NCBI GenBank assembly: GCA_963768425.1
Contig: CAVYHV010000014.1
Coordinates: forward strand, 1 to 64,000
DNA: 64,000 bases
From: Candidatus Bathyarchaeota archaeon
Lineage (GTDB): Archaea; Thermoproteota; Bathyarchaeia; Bathyarchaeales; Bathycorpusculaceae
Reading direction: 5' to 3'
The position numbers and the translations under genes are program-made. This document shows, in pieces, positions 9,462 to 19,093 of this stretch. The notes under the pieces are model-generated. The model had not been told where the DNA came from. It saw only the letters and a list, made by a program, of their open reading frames with translations, and did not search any database. How positions within the stretch are numbered: the first letter of the stretch is position 1; the number at the start of each line of letters is the position of its first letter.

Positions 9462-10796
9462 CTATCTTAAGGAAGTGAAGGAGACAATCGATCGGCCATG
9501 AGTTTGTATTTTGCTTGCTCTATGCTTTTTCAGTTGCACGCAAATAGTTATCGTAGTTACCAAGATTAGAATTGCGATACTGATAGTTGCTGAAGAGAAC
9601 TCTGGTGCAGAGGGTGCTAGCGATGATGGGGCTGAGGGTGTGCCAAAAGCGTAAATGGTCCCGTTTGTGGATTGAGCATAGACTACTCCGTTTGCGTAAG
9701 CAGGCGAAGATAAAATCTCTCCTGTCTGATTGGAGTTCCAGAGCCAACTACCATCAGTAGCGTTGAAAGCGAAAAGGTTGTTGGTGCTGCCAACGTATAA
9801 AACGTCGCCCACCACTATTGGGAAAGGTTCGCAGTCAGTTGTGCTTGAACTCCACAGTTGCACCCCCGTCTCGGCGTTTAAAGCTTCAATCGCTCCGTTG
9901 GGGTAATAACTTAAAACATAAACCACATTGTTGGCGAACGCAACAGATGCTCCATCGTTTACCTTGACAAGTATGTTGCTGTTGCTCCAGACTTTTTGTC
10001 CGTTAGTCGCGTTTAAGGCATACAGGTCTCCATATGATGACGGAATATAGACTATATCATTGCCAACGGTGGGAGGCGACTCAACCCAGCCTTCTGTAGT
10101 GTAAACCCAGAGTTGACTGCCGTCTGTGGCGTTTAAGCCATAGAGGTTGCCGGCTAATCCGTTGTTTGAGCCAATGTACACAACGCCGTTAACAACTGCT
10201 GGAGACGAGTAAATACCTTCAGGGTCAAGGGGAATAAATTGCACGTTGACACTGTAATTCCAGAGCATCAGACCGCTATTAGCGTTAAAGGCGTAAACAG
10301 TGTGGCTGCCTGCAAAGTAAACCACGCCATCAACAATTGTGGGAGAGGAATTTATCCAATCAGTGGTGAAACTCCAGATTTTTTCGCCGTTAGTTGCATT
10401 TAAAGCGTTAAAGTCGCCGCCAATTGAGCCCACGTACACGATTCCATTGGCAACGGCAGGTGAAGAATCAACCGCACCTCCAGTGCTGTAGTTCCATAGC
10501 TTGATGCCGTCTGTTGCGTTTAAGGCATAGAGGTTGCCGTTAGAAGAACCTATGTATAATATGTCGTTGGCAACTGCTGGGGAAGATGCGCCAGCGAACG
10601 CGCCAGTAGTGGGGTAGCTCCAAAGCAGGTTGGGAGTAATCAATGTGCCGCTGGATACGTATCCAGTATGTGACGGGTCAGCGCCAAGCATAGTCCAACC
10701 TGATTGCCCGTTTGTTTGCCCACTGACCGTTGAAACCAATAATCCGCCAATAATCATAGCAATTAAAATTGGAGCCAAGGCGGTTTTAGTCTTCAA
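9462..10796 (-). CDS. Secreted, membrane-anchored PQQ-type beta-propeller repeat protein
   Basis: Signal peptide, repeated SSPAVANGIVYVGS...YALNATDG..LW, PEF motif plus C-terminal TM. Confidence 0.9.
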   Translation of the reverse strand: MKTKTALAPILIAMIIGGLLVSTVSGQTNGQSGWTMLGADPSHTGYVSSGTLITPNLLWSYPTTGAFAGASSPAVANDILYIGSSNGNLYALNATDGIKLWNYSTGGAVDSSPAVANGIVYVGSIGGDFNALNATNGEKIWSFTTDWINSSPTIVDGVVYFAGSHTVYAFNANSGLMLWNYSVNVQFIPLDPEGIYSSPAVVNGVVYIGSNNGLAGNLYGLNATDGSQLWVYTTEGWVESPPTVGNDIVYIPSSYGDLYALNATNGQKVWSNSNILVKVNDGASVAFANNVVYVLSYYPNGAIEALNAETGVQLWSSSTTDCEPFPIVVGDVLYVGSTNNLFAFNATDGSWLWNSNQTGEILSSPAYANGVVYAQSTNGTIYAFGTPSAPSSLAPSAPEFSSATISIAILILVTTITICVQLKKHRASKIQTHGRSIVSFTSLR

Positions 10797-11089
10797 TTAT
10801 GCCCCATCTCTAACTTTAACTGCGGTACTTCGTATATTTTAAGTTATTCTTATTTTGTTACTTATGAAATCTATTGAAAATTTTCTGCAGTGCCTGACTA
10901 TCGGTAAACCAGATAATCTAACATTCAAGAGTATGATAAGCCCTTTTAGCGTTAGGGTAAAGGACAGGTATTCTCCTTCAGCTCTAAAAAATAATAGACG
11001 TAAAAAAGCCGAATAAGGACTAAAATAGAAGAAAAAAGAGAGAATATGGTATTTTTGAGGGACATTGATATGCCGCAAAGCATAGTGAA

Positions 11090-13216
11090 CTAGTTGATGT
11101 TAATGCCCGAGTCACCGTACACTTCCATCATACCAGGGTAGTCATAAGTCATTGACACGCCATAACCCCCAGGCCAAAATGTACCGTAAAATGGCAAAGG
11201 ACTGCTGTCATACGAGCAACCAAAGACTTGATTTGAAGCATCATTTAACGCCTGATTAACAGTGTCACCGCATATTACGTAATAATAGAACCACTCTATC
11301 CAGTAGCCTGCAACTTGTGAGTATCCATAGAAACTAGCATAACTTATTGAAGGAGATTCGCCTAGAAAGCCTATGAAACAATGACCACTGGAATCCGAAC
11401 CGTACCATGATAAGCTGTTAGCAGATGTGCCAGTCCAAGCATTTGCAAAATTCTGATAGTAAGTGTAATACCAACCATCATCAGTCGGTGTAGCTGTTCC
11501 AGCCGTCTGACATGTCCACATCATGGTGAAGGAATTCGTCGTCATACCATCAGTGTAATAGGCAATACTCGGGTTACCATTCGAGTAAACATTACTGCCA
11601 GAGTCGTCAGCGTACTCATACGGGCTTCCTCCAGGACCAAAATGAAAGACCACGACATTACCGTAATAATAATCGTCATACATAGCATTATTGTATATGG
11701 CTTGATAGTTGGTTCCGCTTCCTTCATTGTTTGCTACAGTCGTTCCAGAATCATAATCTGCATAAAGCGTTTGAACATAGCTTTGTATATCAGTTGCATA
11801 TGTATTCTCAGCACTTTGAAAAGAGGTGTTATCTTCACCTGAGGGGTAATAGTCTATAGGTGCGTACAATTCCAATTTTAGACGCCCTAGAGTTTGTGCC
11901 TTAACATTTGGAATTATCGCAATAAGTCCTATGGGTAAAATTACTAGACAGAGCACACCTAATATTCGTTTATAGTGATTTATTTTCCAAAGTCGCTTGA
12001 AACCTGTGAGTCTGTTCTTATCGCTCTTGAGATACCCCACGGTTGTTGCTGACAGGCTTGCTGCAATAATGGGTAAAGTAATCAGCGCTAGTGTCAAAGT
12101 AGGCATTTGGTTGGTTTTTGACTGAATTGCTGAATCAGTTGAGGAAGATACCGAACTATTGTCAGGCAAGACAGCCTGGTTAAATATTATCGGTTCAACC
12201 GAACTTACATTTCCAGTGTCTGCCCAAACCCATATGTTAAGTCCCGTCACGCTCCCAGGATACACTTGGTCAAAGCCTACGCCAACATACCAAGCGGGAT
12301 ACAGTACGTATGGATTATTTCCCCGCGTGGTTTGTTGAGGCGTTTGTACAGCATAGTTAATGTATTCTAGTGTGACGTCGAAAACTTCTGCTACTTTAAA
12401 ACCTGTCACTGTATAATTGATTCCATTAGAGTTCTGTGCTGTATACGAGAAATTGTTTGCTGCCTGTAATGCTGTTGTTATTGCTTCTGGGCTGGATAGC
12501 GTGGGTACGCCCACTGTTTGGTAGATTTGCCAATTATCAAGGAAGCTCTCCAAATATCCATTGTAGTATGTTAAGACTACGTCCTTCATTGGTGCAGGGG
12601 TGTCATTGTTATCTACATATGTCCAGACTAGGTCTTGCTCATTTTGATTGCCAAAGATAGATACCTGTAACTTGATATTTCCCGTTGTTTCCGTCGCATT
12701 TGTATTAGGTGAGACATTGTTTATCATTGAACTTAATGATCCATAAAATGAGTTGCTAGTGTAACTTTGGTATCGTTGAAGGAATCCCTGAGCCATAACG
12801 AGAGTATTTGTTGCTGGCTGATTAAGGGCGGGAGAACCGACGTAATTACCTAGAGAAATTTGGTTGAGACTGCCATCTATAAATGTGACTCTTGCTCTTG
12901 CATTGCTATGGGCAGATGTTAAATTGAATATTAAATCATCTTGAGAAAGACTAGAAATAGGCGTCGTGGTTGCTGGAAGATTTATAGTTGTTGGTGGTGT
13001 GGGAACTGGATGCGCTGCATTGTTGCTATCTGAAACTAAACTCGCTGTGTAAACATTCATGTCAAATCCAACCACATTGCCCAAAATGCCTATTGCTTGT
13101 TGGCTGTTAGTTGTTACCGCAGCATGTGCCATTGGAGATAGAGTAACTCCAACAGAAATCATTAAACCTGCAAGAAGAACTGCTATTAAAAAAAGTCTTT
13201 TAGGTTTTTTAGTCAT
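11090..13216 (-). CDS. Large secreted two-module protein with internal TM segments
   Basis: 708 aa; N-terminal signal, two central hydrophobic segments, C-terminal domain with FHFG and WTC motifs; GGAGG RBS. Confidence 0.75.
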   Translation of the reverse strand: MTKKPKRLFLIAVLLAGLMISVGVTLSPMAHAAVTTNSQQAIGILGNVVGFDMNVYTASLVSDSNNAAHPVPTPPTTINLPATTTPISSLSQDDLIFNLTSAHSNARARVTFIDGSLNQISLGNYVGSPALNQPATNTLVMAQGFLQRYQSYTSNSFYGSLSSMINNVSPNTNATETTGNIKLQVSIFGNQNEQDLVWTYVDNNDTPAPMKDVVLTYYNGYLESFLDNWQIYQTVGVPTLSSPEAITTALQAANNFSYTAQNSNGINYTVTGFKVAEVFDVTLEYINYAVQTPQQTTRGNNPYVLYPAWYVGVGFDQVYPGSVTGLNIWVWADTGNVSSVEPIIFNQAVLPDNSSVSSSTDSAIQSKTNQMPTLTLALITLPIIAASLSATTVGYLKSDKNRLTGFKRLWKINHYKRILGVLCLVILPIGLIAIIPNVKAQTLGRLKLELYAPIDYYPSGEDNTSFQSAENTYATDIQSYVQTLYADYDSGTTVANNEGSGTNYQAIYNNAMYDDYYYGNVVVFHFGPGGSPYEYADDSGSNVYSNGNPSIAYYTDGMTTNSFTMMWTCQTAGTATPTDDGWYYTYYQNFANAWTGTSANSLSWYGSDSSGHCFIGFLGESPSISYASFYGYSQVAGYWIEWFYYYVICGDTVNQALNDASNQVFGCSYDSSPLPFYGTFWPGGYGVSMTYDYPGMMEVYGDSGININ

Positions 13217-13372
13217 TTTCTTATACCTCCTTTATTTATTGGGTTTTTCATGACTGTTCTCTTTCTGCCCTTCCCTTAGGGCTAGGCGGTGACACGCCTC
13301 CGAAACAGTCAGTCTCGGCGTCGTCAGCGCCATTCACCCAAAATAAATGTGATAGCGTTTCACACGACAATG
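13217..13372 (-). ncRNA. Candidate structured 5' leader with K-turn
   Basis: GUCG-UGU-GA...GA-CGAC K-turn pattern, UGACUGUU/AACAGUCA stem enclosing two hairpins, TATA-like GTATAAGC at about 13391-13398. Confidence 0.5.
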
Positions 13373-13630
13373 TGGATATGTTATCACTAAGCTTATACGG
13401 TTTATTGCTACTTACTAATATTAGTAATAATACGATTAATATTCCTATTCCGAATAGTTTTAGGAATAAAGATGTTGAACAGAATGCTGTTCGGATTCCA
13501 AAAATATAGTCATGATAAAACGCAGAAATTGTTCAAATAACGTTGAGGTTTTGCATTTGTGTCGAACGCCAAATTTTTACAGCTTTAATTTCGTCAGGTT
13601 CTTAAGCAGCCCACGTTTGGTAACCTTTAG

Positions 13631-13971
13631 GTGGTTTTGGTTTTGAATTTGGATTTGCAGCCGACTATTCAAAATAGAACTCTTAGGGCTTTTTTGGATC
13701 TTGCTGTGCTGTGCCAACTGTCGCACCGGCCTATGACTTGTTATGAGATTAACAAATCTTTTGTTGAGAAGTTTGGAATTATGATCGCTCCAAGTACTAT
13801 TTACTTGACGTTGGGTTCCATGGAAAGTAAGGTGAAGTAAAATGCGCTCGCAATAGAAATGGAAGGGTTTACAGTTTAACTGAAAAAGGCAGAAAAGTAA
13901 CCGATAATATGAACTCTATAATTGAGGAAATCCACCGATTCTCGACAATCTTGCTTGGCGCCAAATGCTGA
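13631..13971 (+). CDS. PadR-family regulator (one-base frameshift near 13832)
   Basis: LRAFLDLAVL..YEI..STIYLTL; continues as GRVYSLTEKG in the adjacent frame. Confidence 0.7.
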
Positions 13972-13991
13972 CTTACTAAATGGTCAGAAGC

Positions 13992-14471
13992 TTAAAATGC
14001 GGAACCGCCAAGGCAAGACAGTTCATCTTTTGTTTTGCTCCAAGCTTCAACTGCAAAACTTGTTAACGCCCAATGCCAGCCTCTTTGTTCCGCAACCTTT
14101 TCCCCAAATTCCTTCTCTAAACGTTTGTTCATTCGCAATATTCGGCGACTAACTTGATGACGTGTAACCTTAAACCTCTCAAGCTTAATGGCTAAATCTT
14201 TTGGCAACAAACCAAGACTACCAGCCTCAAAGAGTAAACGCAGAATCTCCCGGTCAATCTCATCCTCACAAGCAATCCGCTCGATGAGTGACTGCTCAAA
14301 ATTGAAAGAATCCTTCAGACCTGCAAAGATTGTGCGTAGCATAAGCTTAACCTCTTCAACCTCTGCCAAAGTCTGCTTGAGGAGCTGCTGATTATACTTC
14401 AAACGTCCAATCTTATCGCTTTGACTACGCTTCTTTTTGGCGTTTTGAACAGGTTTTTCAGCGGTTTCCAT
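13992..14471 (-). CDS. Viral coiled-coil + winged-helix DNA-binding protein
   Basis: DREILRLL..GLLPKDLA..TRHQVSRRILRMN..WALT. Confidence 0.65.
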   Translation of the reverse strand: METAEKPVQNAKKKRSQSDKIGRLKYNQQLLKQTLAEVEEVKLMLRTIFAGLKDSFNFEQSLIERIACEDEIDREILRLLFEAGSLGLLPKDLAIKLERFKVTRHQVSRRILRMNKRLEKEFGEKVAEQRGWHWALTSFAVEAWSKTKDELSCLGGSAF

Positions 14472-14784
14472 ATCAGAATGCACACTCCAAGAATTCTTGT
14501 CCATCAACACATGGCAAAATTGACAGCGGGTAATCAGGACCAACTAATTGCAGAAAAGTGACTTGTGAAAAGCATGGACTTTTCCCATGCAGCACCATGA
14601 ACGCTAAAAGTGCTTTTGAACAGGTTTTAACAGACATTAGACGCCGCTCCCATTTAATTCAGCCAGATAACTGTTGATTGCAGAATAGCGTTTCATGCTC
14701 CAAGTATCGTTTAATGAAGCTGCCTTTATGATGTGCCTGCAAGCTTTGGCTCTAAGAGCGCTAATTTCTTGCCTTAACACTTGA

Positions 14785-15729
14785 CTAAGCAATGTATTCT
14801 TTGCCCCCAGGACCGCTTGGAACCTCTTGATTAGTTTGAAAATCTGTGAGCTTGCCCAGGGCTTCGGCGACCTTGGCTAGGCTGTAACCCATTTTTTCTA
14901 GCTTTTCAAGGCTGCCTGAAATCTTCGCTAAATCAGTTAAGACATTGTCCACTTGACCCTCAAGCTTCTTGACTCGCTCCGGCATCAGCAAATACTCAAC
15001 CGCCGCATCTCGACCAACATGATCAAGCTCGCCCTCATCTTCTCCAGGACTGTCATCGATAACCCGTTTTGGAGTACTCACCGAAAAATAGCGATTCAAA
15101 AGATTGGCAACTGGATCATCAACGCCCAGTTCATGACGCTTGTTAATCTGCCCATCACCCAACACGCAGCCGTACTTACTCATCAAACCCTTAGCGACTC
15201 GATCAGCCAAATTCTTAGCCAAAGTCACAAGCTCCCCAGGACTCCGACCATAAAGCGTCTCCACATGAACAATCCAAGAAGTCGTCGTATGACGCACCTT
15301 CACACCCTGCTCTAAGCCCAAAAGAGCAGTCCAATTCTGCATCTCAATTCTCCGAAAATCCCCAGACGGATAAACGCCCTCACGCAAAACGGGAAACTTG
15401 AAAAAGCAACGATGCAGACGAAACACGCCCGAGCTAAACAGCACACCCTCACATGATATGAGAAAGTTTTGACCTTGCTCTGTCAACTCGTAGTCAACGA
15501 AGTTGCTGCGCTTTAATCTGCGAATTAACCCTGCCTTCTCAAGCTTCTTTACATAGTAGGCAACATGCTGTTTCTTCCATCCACGGGCACGCCCAATCTT
15601 GGCAGGATACATCTTAACCTCAATGCCCTTGAGTATCGGGATCACGCGGGTGCGAACGGTACAGAAGTCAAATTTGACTTTTGACTTTGAACGCGAAATA
15701 TTTTGACTTCTATCAGACGGACTAGCCAT
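14785..15729 (-). CDS. MarR-like wHTH protein with uncharacterised C-terminal domain (candidate replication protein)
   Basis: HVAYYVKKLEKAGLI..YELTEQG wHTH, then RLH and DDSP..ELD motifs, coiled-coil tail. Confidence 0.55.
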   Translation of the reverse strand: MASPSDRSQNISRSKSKVKFDFCTVRTRVIPILKGIEVKMYPAKIGRARGWKKQHVAYYVKKLEKAGLIRRLKRSNFVDYELTEQGQNFLISCEGVLFSSGVFRLHRCFFKFPVLREGVYPSGDFRRIEMQNWTALLGLEQGVKVRHTTTSWIVHVETLYGRSPGELVTLAKNLADRVAKGLMSKYGCVLGDGQINKRHELGVDDPVANLLNRYFSVSTPKRVIDDSPGEDEGELDHVGRDAAVEYLLMPERVKKLEGQVDNVLTDLAKISGSLEKLEKMGYSLAKVAEALGKLTDFQTNQEVPSGPGGKEYIA

Positions 15730-15737
15730 AAAAAAAT

Positions 15738-16091
15738 TTACCTCAGAGCTGGAAGTACAACTTCCCTAACTTTCTGCCGCAGACCCTCTATATCCTGATC
15801 CAGCTTTGCTGGAGCAAGCAAATCTGTCCCATTATACTCAGATAGTGCAGCATTTAATGACTCACGGTTCTCAACGCTATCTCGAATCCTGTAAAAAGGC
15901 GCTATACCGTTTAGTCCGTTAATTGAGACTCTGGCAATCATTACTTCGAACTCGGAGCTTTTTGGTGTTCCAGGCGTAAAGTAATAGTGCTCCAAAAACT
16001 GCGCGAAGCCTCCATAGAAGCTAAAAGCGATCCATCGCTCATCAGTCAACCAATCGACGGCATCTATCTTATCAATTTGTAAACTGCTCAA
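15738..16091 (-). CDS. Hypothetical viral early protein
   Basis: Distal part of ORF 15738..16229; TTG start overlaps stop of upstream ORF. Confidence 0.5.
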   Translation of the reverse strand: MSSLQIDKIDAVDWLTDERWIAFSFYGGFAQFLEHYYFTPGTPKSSEFEVMIARVSINGLNGIAPFYRIRDSVENRESLNAALSEYNGTDLLAPAKLDQDIEGLRQKVREVVLPALR

Positions 16092-16273
16092 TGCAGAACC
16101 TCCTGAACAGGTCTTGTGTTTTTGGGTGCGAAGCTGCCACAGGCATCGCTGGAAGCTATCTGATTGAGCTGTCTTCGCCCATTTAATAGTCGGTGGCAGG
16201 CACCGGACCAGTCTGCACAGTCCATGCACTTGGCTCCGTCCATTAAGTAAAAGCCTCCAATGGAGAAAGCCAA
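16088..16273 (-). CDS. Small Cys-rich (Zn-binding) viral protein
   Basis: CMDC..C..CGSF motif. Confidence 0.5.
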   Translation of the reverse strand: MAFSIGGFYLMDGAKCMDCADWSGACHRLLNGRRQLNQIASSDACGSFAPKNTRPVQEVLH

Positions 16274-16478
16274 AACCTAATTACCATTAACTCAAAGTTT
16301 TCATCCATTCCAAGAAACCTCTCACCATCTTTCTAGAGTGAAGAAAAAGAAAATAGGGAAATGGCGAACCCCCTATTCGCCATTTTACAAAGTATAAATT
16401 ACACTCTAGATGATGGTAGCCCGGGAGAGACCTATGCATATGCTCACATATACCATTTTTTTGAACCACCTAATTTCA

Positions 16479-17234
16479 TTATTCCGTTTCGATTCTTGGC
16501 GCCAGGAAGAAAGTTAGTTTTCCTCCTTTCGTCTGTTGAAAATCGATGAGCACAGGCATGTCGGTTGAGAACTCTAGTGTAGCGATGTCGGATGTGGCTG
16601 AAGCCGCTTTAATGATTTCAGACAGATAACTTAGGCTAAAAGTTGCCTTTGAGGCTTCTTTTACCTCAAAATCCAAAAGAGCATCATTTCCCTTCTGCAG
16701 AGTTATCGTTGCACCCATGAGATCGCCCATAGCGTTCAAAACCAGCTTTTCCGGGTCCGCTTCAAATCTAACATGGTCACTGACTAGTCCAGCATCTTCA
16801 ATTGCTTCGCTCAAACCGTGCGTTGTAATCTTAGCTTTTACGTTGAAGGTTATCTTTGGCGTTGGCACTTCTTCCTCCGAGGCTAACAGCGTGGGCATGG
16901 TGAAGTCTCGGTTGTACTTCCCTGTTATCTTAACCTGCAAACGTCCACTCTTATCATCAAGCAACAATTCCACTGCTTCGTCTTTCCCGGCTCTCTTCAG
17001 CAATTTCAGCAGTTCGCTTATTTTCATGCCTATTTTCATGGGTTCACTGCAAACGTATTCTTCGAAGATTGTTTTAGGCAATTCAAAATCGATCATGGCA
17101 ACGCGGGAGGGATCCATAGCCCGAAGTTTCAAGCCGTCGGGTTCAATTTTGAAAGTAGCTTCATCTACGAGTATTGAGATGGCTGTGGCCATTTCTCTTA
17201 AGAATTTTGAGTCAGCCACTTTAAGCTTAAACAT
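16479..17234 (-). CDS. pcn: DNA polymerase sliding clamp (PCNA)
   Basis: LRAMDPSRVAMIDF, FSLSYL and FFLAPRIE motifs. Confidence 0.97.
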   Translation of the reverse strand: MFKLKVADSKFLREMATAISILVDEATFKIEPDGLKLRAMDPSRVAMIDFELPKTIFEEYVCSEPMKIGMKISELLKLLKRAGKDEAVELLLDDKSGRLQVKITGKYNRDFTMPTLLASEEEVPTPKITFNVKAKITTHGLSEAIEDAGLVSDHVRFEADPEKLVLNAMGDLMGATITLQKGNDALLDFEVKEASKATFSLSYLSEIIKAASATSDIATLEFSTDMPVLIDFQQTKGGKLTFFLAPRIETE

Positions 17235-17430
17235 TCCAATCTTCCTCTTTGTATGCATACCCTGTTGCGTTATAAAGATTTACGAAATTAAGCGTGATGG
17301 CGTTGTTCGGATTGGGGTTCTTCGCGGATCTACTGTCCAGGAACAGCAAAAGTGATTTATCATCGACCTGTAACGGGTAAATCTGCCAATTGGTATCCTG
17401 ACCTCGTATTCAGCTCCAGCGCAGTGAGTT

Positions 17431-17462
17431 CGGGCAGCCCCCCAATCCAGAACTGAATAAGT
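17431..17462 (+). other. Degenerate att site (tRNA-Pro-like 3' end plus arm)
   Basis: CGGGCAGCCCCCCAATCCAGAACTGAATAAGT, closely matching 35126-35157. Confidence 0.6.
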
Positions 17463-17530
17463 GCTATTTCCTTTCAAACTTCTTCCCTTTTTCATTTACT
17501 AATTCGTTAAGGAATCTTCCTTTTTGGTGA

Positions 17531-19039
17531 ATGCGAACGGGGCGGGCGGTAAAAAGCGTGTTAGGTTTTTTGGGGAAAACTTATATTCACGGCTGGATAA
17601 TCCAACCAGCTAAAGGAGATGAGAGAATTAACCACAAAAAACTGATAATCCTTCTGGGGCTTTTGTGTTTAACGATGTTTTCAGCGTTTGCGCCAAAAGT
17701 GAATGCCCAACAGTCTACCGTGGACTGGTCACCTACATTCCATCATGACCTATCTCACACTGGATACTCTACTTCAACTGTGCCGCTGACAAATAAGACC
17801 CTTTGGATCTTCCCGACCGAGAACTCCCTTGAGTATCTTTCACCAGCCGTTGTCAACGGTGTGGTCTACGTCGGCTCGGATGACGACTATGTTTATGCCT
17901 TGAACGCTGCGACTGGTGCCAAAATCTGGAGTTACGCGACGGGCAGCGCAGTGGAGGATTCTCCTGCGGTGGCCAACGGCGTCGTTTACATAGGCTCCGA
18001 CGACAATTATGTTTACGCTTTGAACGCTTCAACCGGCAGCAAAATCTGGAGCTACAGGACTGGCGGTGAAGCCTACTCTTCTCCGACGGTTATTAATGGA
18101 GTGGTCTACGTCGGCTCCAACGATTTCAATGTATATGCTTTGAACGCAGCGACGGGCGGCAAAATTTGGAGTTACGGGACTGGAAATTACGTATATTCTT
18201 CGCCTGCAGTTGTTGATGGCGTGGTCTACGTTGACTCTTACGTCGACGTTTATGCGCTGAATGCGTCGACTGGCGACAAGATTTGGAGCTACGCGGCTGG
18301 CAGTCCTATGTATTCTTCCCCAGCTGTCGTTAACGGGGTGGTCTACACGGGATCAAACAATTATGTTTACGCTTTGAGCATTGCAAATGGCTCCAAAATA
18401 TGGAGCTACGCGACTGGCGGCGTCATCGAATCTTCTCCTGCGGTCGCCAACGGCTTAGTCTACATAGGCTCCGACGACGACAACCTTTATGCTTTGAACG
18501 CTGCAAGCGGGACCAAAATGTGGAACTTCTCAACTGGTAACATCATAGATTCTGCTCCGTTTGTAGCCGACGGTGTGGTTTGCTTTGGTTCGGAGGATGG
18601 TAATGTTTATGCTTTAAACGCTACCACTGGAGGCAAGATTTGGAGTTTCACGACCGAAAGTGCCGTAGAGTCCTCTCCTTCGGTTGTCAACGGCGTAGTC
18701 TACGTGGGCTCCGACGACAACAACGTGTACGCTTTTGGTTCAATTGCAGTTCCTCAACCGTCTCCAACCTTGCCTTCTCCGTCTCCTTCGTCCAGTCCTT
18801 CTGCTTCTTCAAAACCCTCAACTTCAACAATTAGTAATGGTCCCTTTTTGATTATCCTAGGCATTATCATAATTGTAGTCATAATCATAGGTTTAGTAGT
18901 TGGACTTAGAATGAAAAAAAGGACTTCAAAAACAATAACTCAACAATGCACACTGCACAAGCTAACTCAATGCGGACTTTATCTTCACACTTTTTCTTCT
19001 AACCAAGCTTCGTTTTACGTATGTGCCCTGTGGATTTAG
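17531..19039 (+). CDS. Secreted PQQ-type beta-propeller repeat protein (true start probably near 17619)
   Basis: About eight 40-aa repeats, signal peptide, Pro/Ser linker, TM anchor. Confidence 0.9.
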   Translation: MRTGRAVKSVLGFLGKTYIHGWIIQPAKGDERINHKKLIILLGLLCLTMFSAFAPKVNAQQSTVDWSPTFHHDLSHTGYSTSTVPLTNKTLWIFPTENSLEYLSPAVVNGVVYVGSDDDYVYALNAATGAKIWSYATGSAVEDSPAVANGVVYIGSDDNYVYALNASTGSKIWSYRTGGEAYSSPTVINGVVYVGSNDFNVYALNAATGGKIWSYGTGNYVYSSPAVVDGVVYVDSYVDVYALNASTGDKIWSYAAGSPMYSSPAVVNGVVYTGSNNYVYALSIANGSKIWSYATGGVIESSPAVANGLVYIGSDDDNLYALNAASGTKMWNFSTGNIIDSAPFVADGVVCFGSEDGNVYALNATTGGKIWSFTTESAVESSPSVVNGVVYVGSDDNNVYAFGSIAVPQPSPTLPSPSPSSSPSASSKPSTSTISNGPFLIILGIIIIVVIIIGLVVGLRMKKRTSKTITQQCTLHKLTQCGLYLHTFSSNQASFYVCALWI

Positions 19040-19047
19040 GGAAGACT

Positions 19048-19079
19048 TATATCGGTATAGACATGTCTATTTCGATATA
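19048..19079. promoter_or_regulatory. Palindromic operator (probable PadR site)
   Basis: TATATCG-gt-ATAGACATGTCTAT-tt-CGATATA overlapping TATA, upstream of padR. Confidence 0.65.
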
Positions 19080-19093
19080 CTGAGGTCTTCATA

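Larger units (their letters stand above)
1..17445 (-). mobile_element. Integrated archaeal head-tail provirus (Caudoviricetes-like); left end outside window
   Basis: Co-oriented terS-terL-portal-minor head-protease/scaffold-decoration-MCP-adaptor block, upstream wHTH/PCNA early genes, tRNA-3'-like att remnant at 17431-17445. No integrase seen inside the window. Confidence 0.85.

Noticed and set aside
13300-13365. Hammerhead ribozyme (CUGACGA and GAAA present)
   Set aside because: Stem II closing pair and three-stem junction cannot be formed; K-turn reading fits better
17840-18740. ~120-bp periodic repeats as CRISPR or DNA-level array
   Set aside because: They are coding PQQ propeller blades
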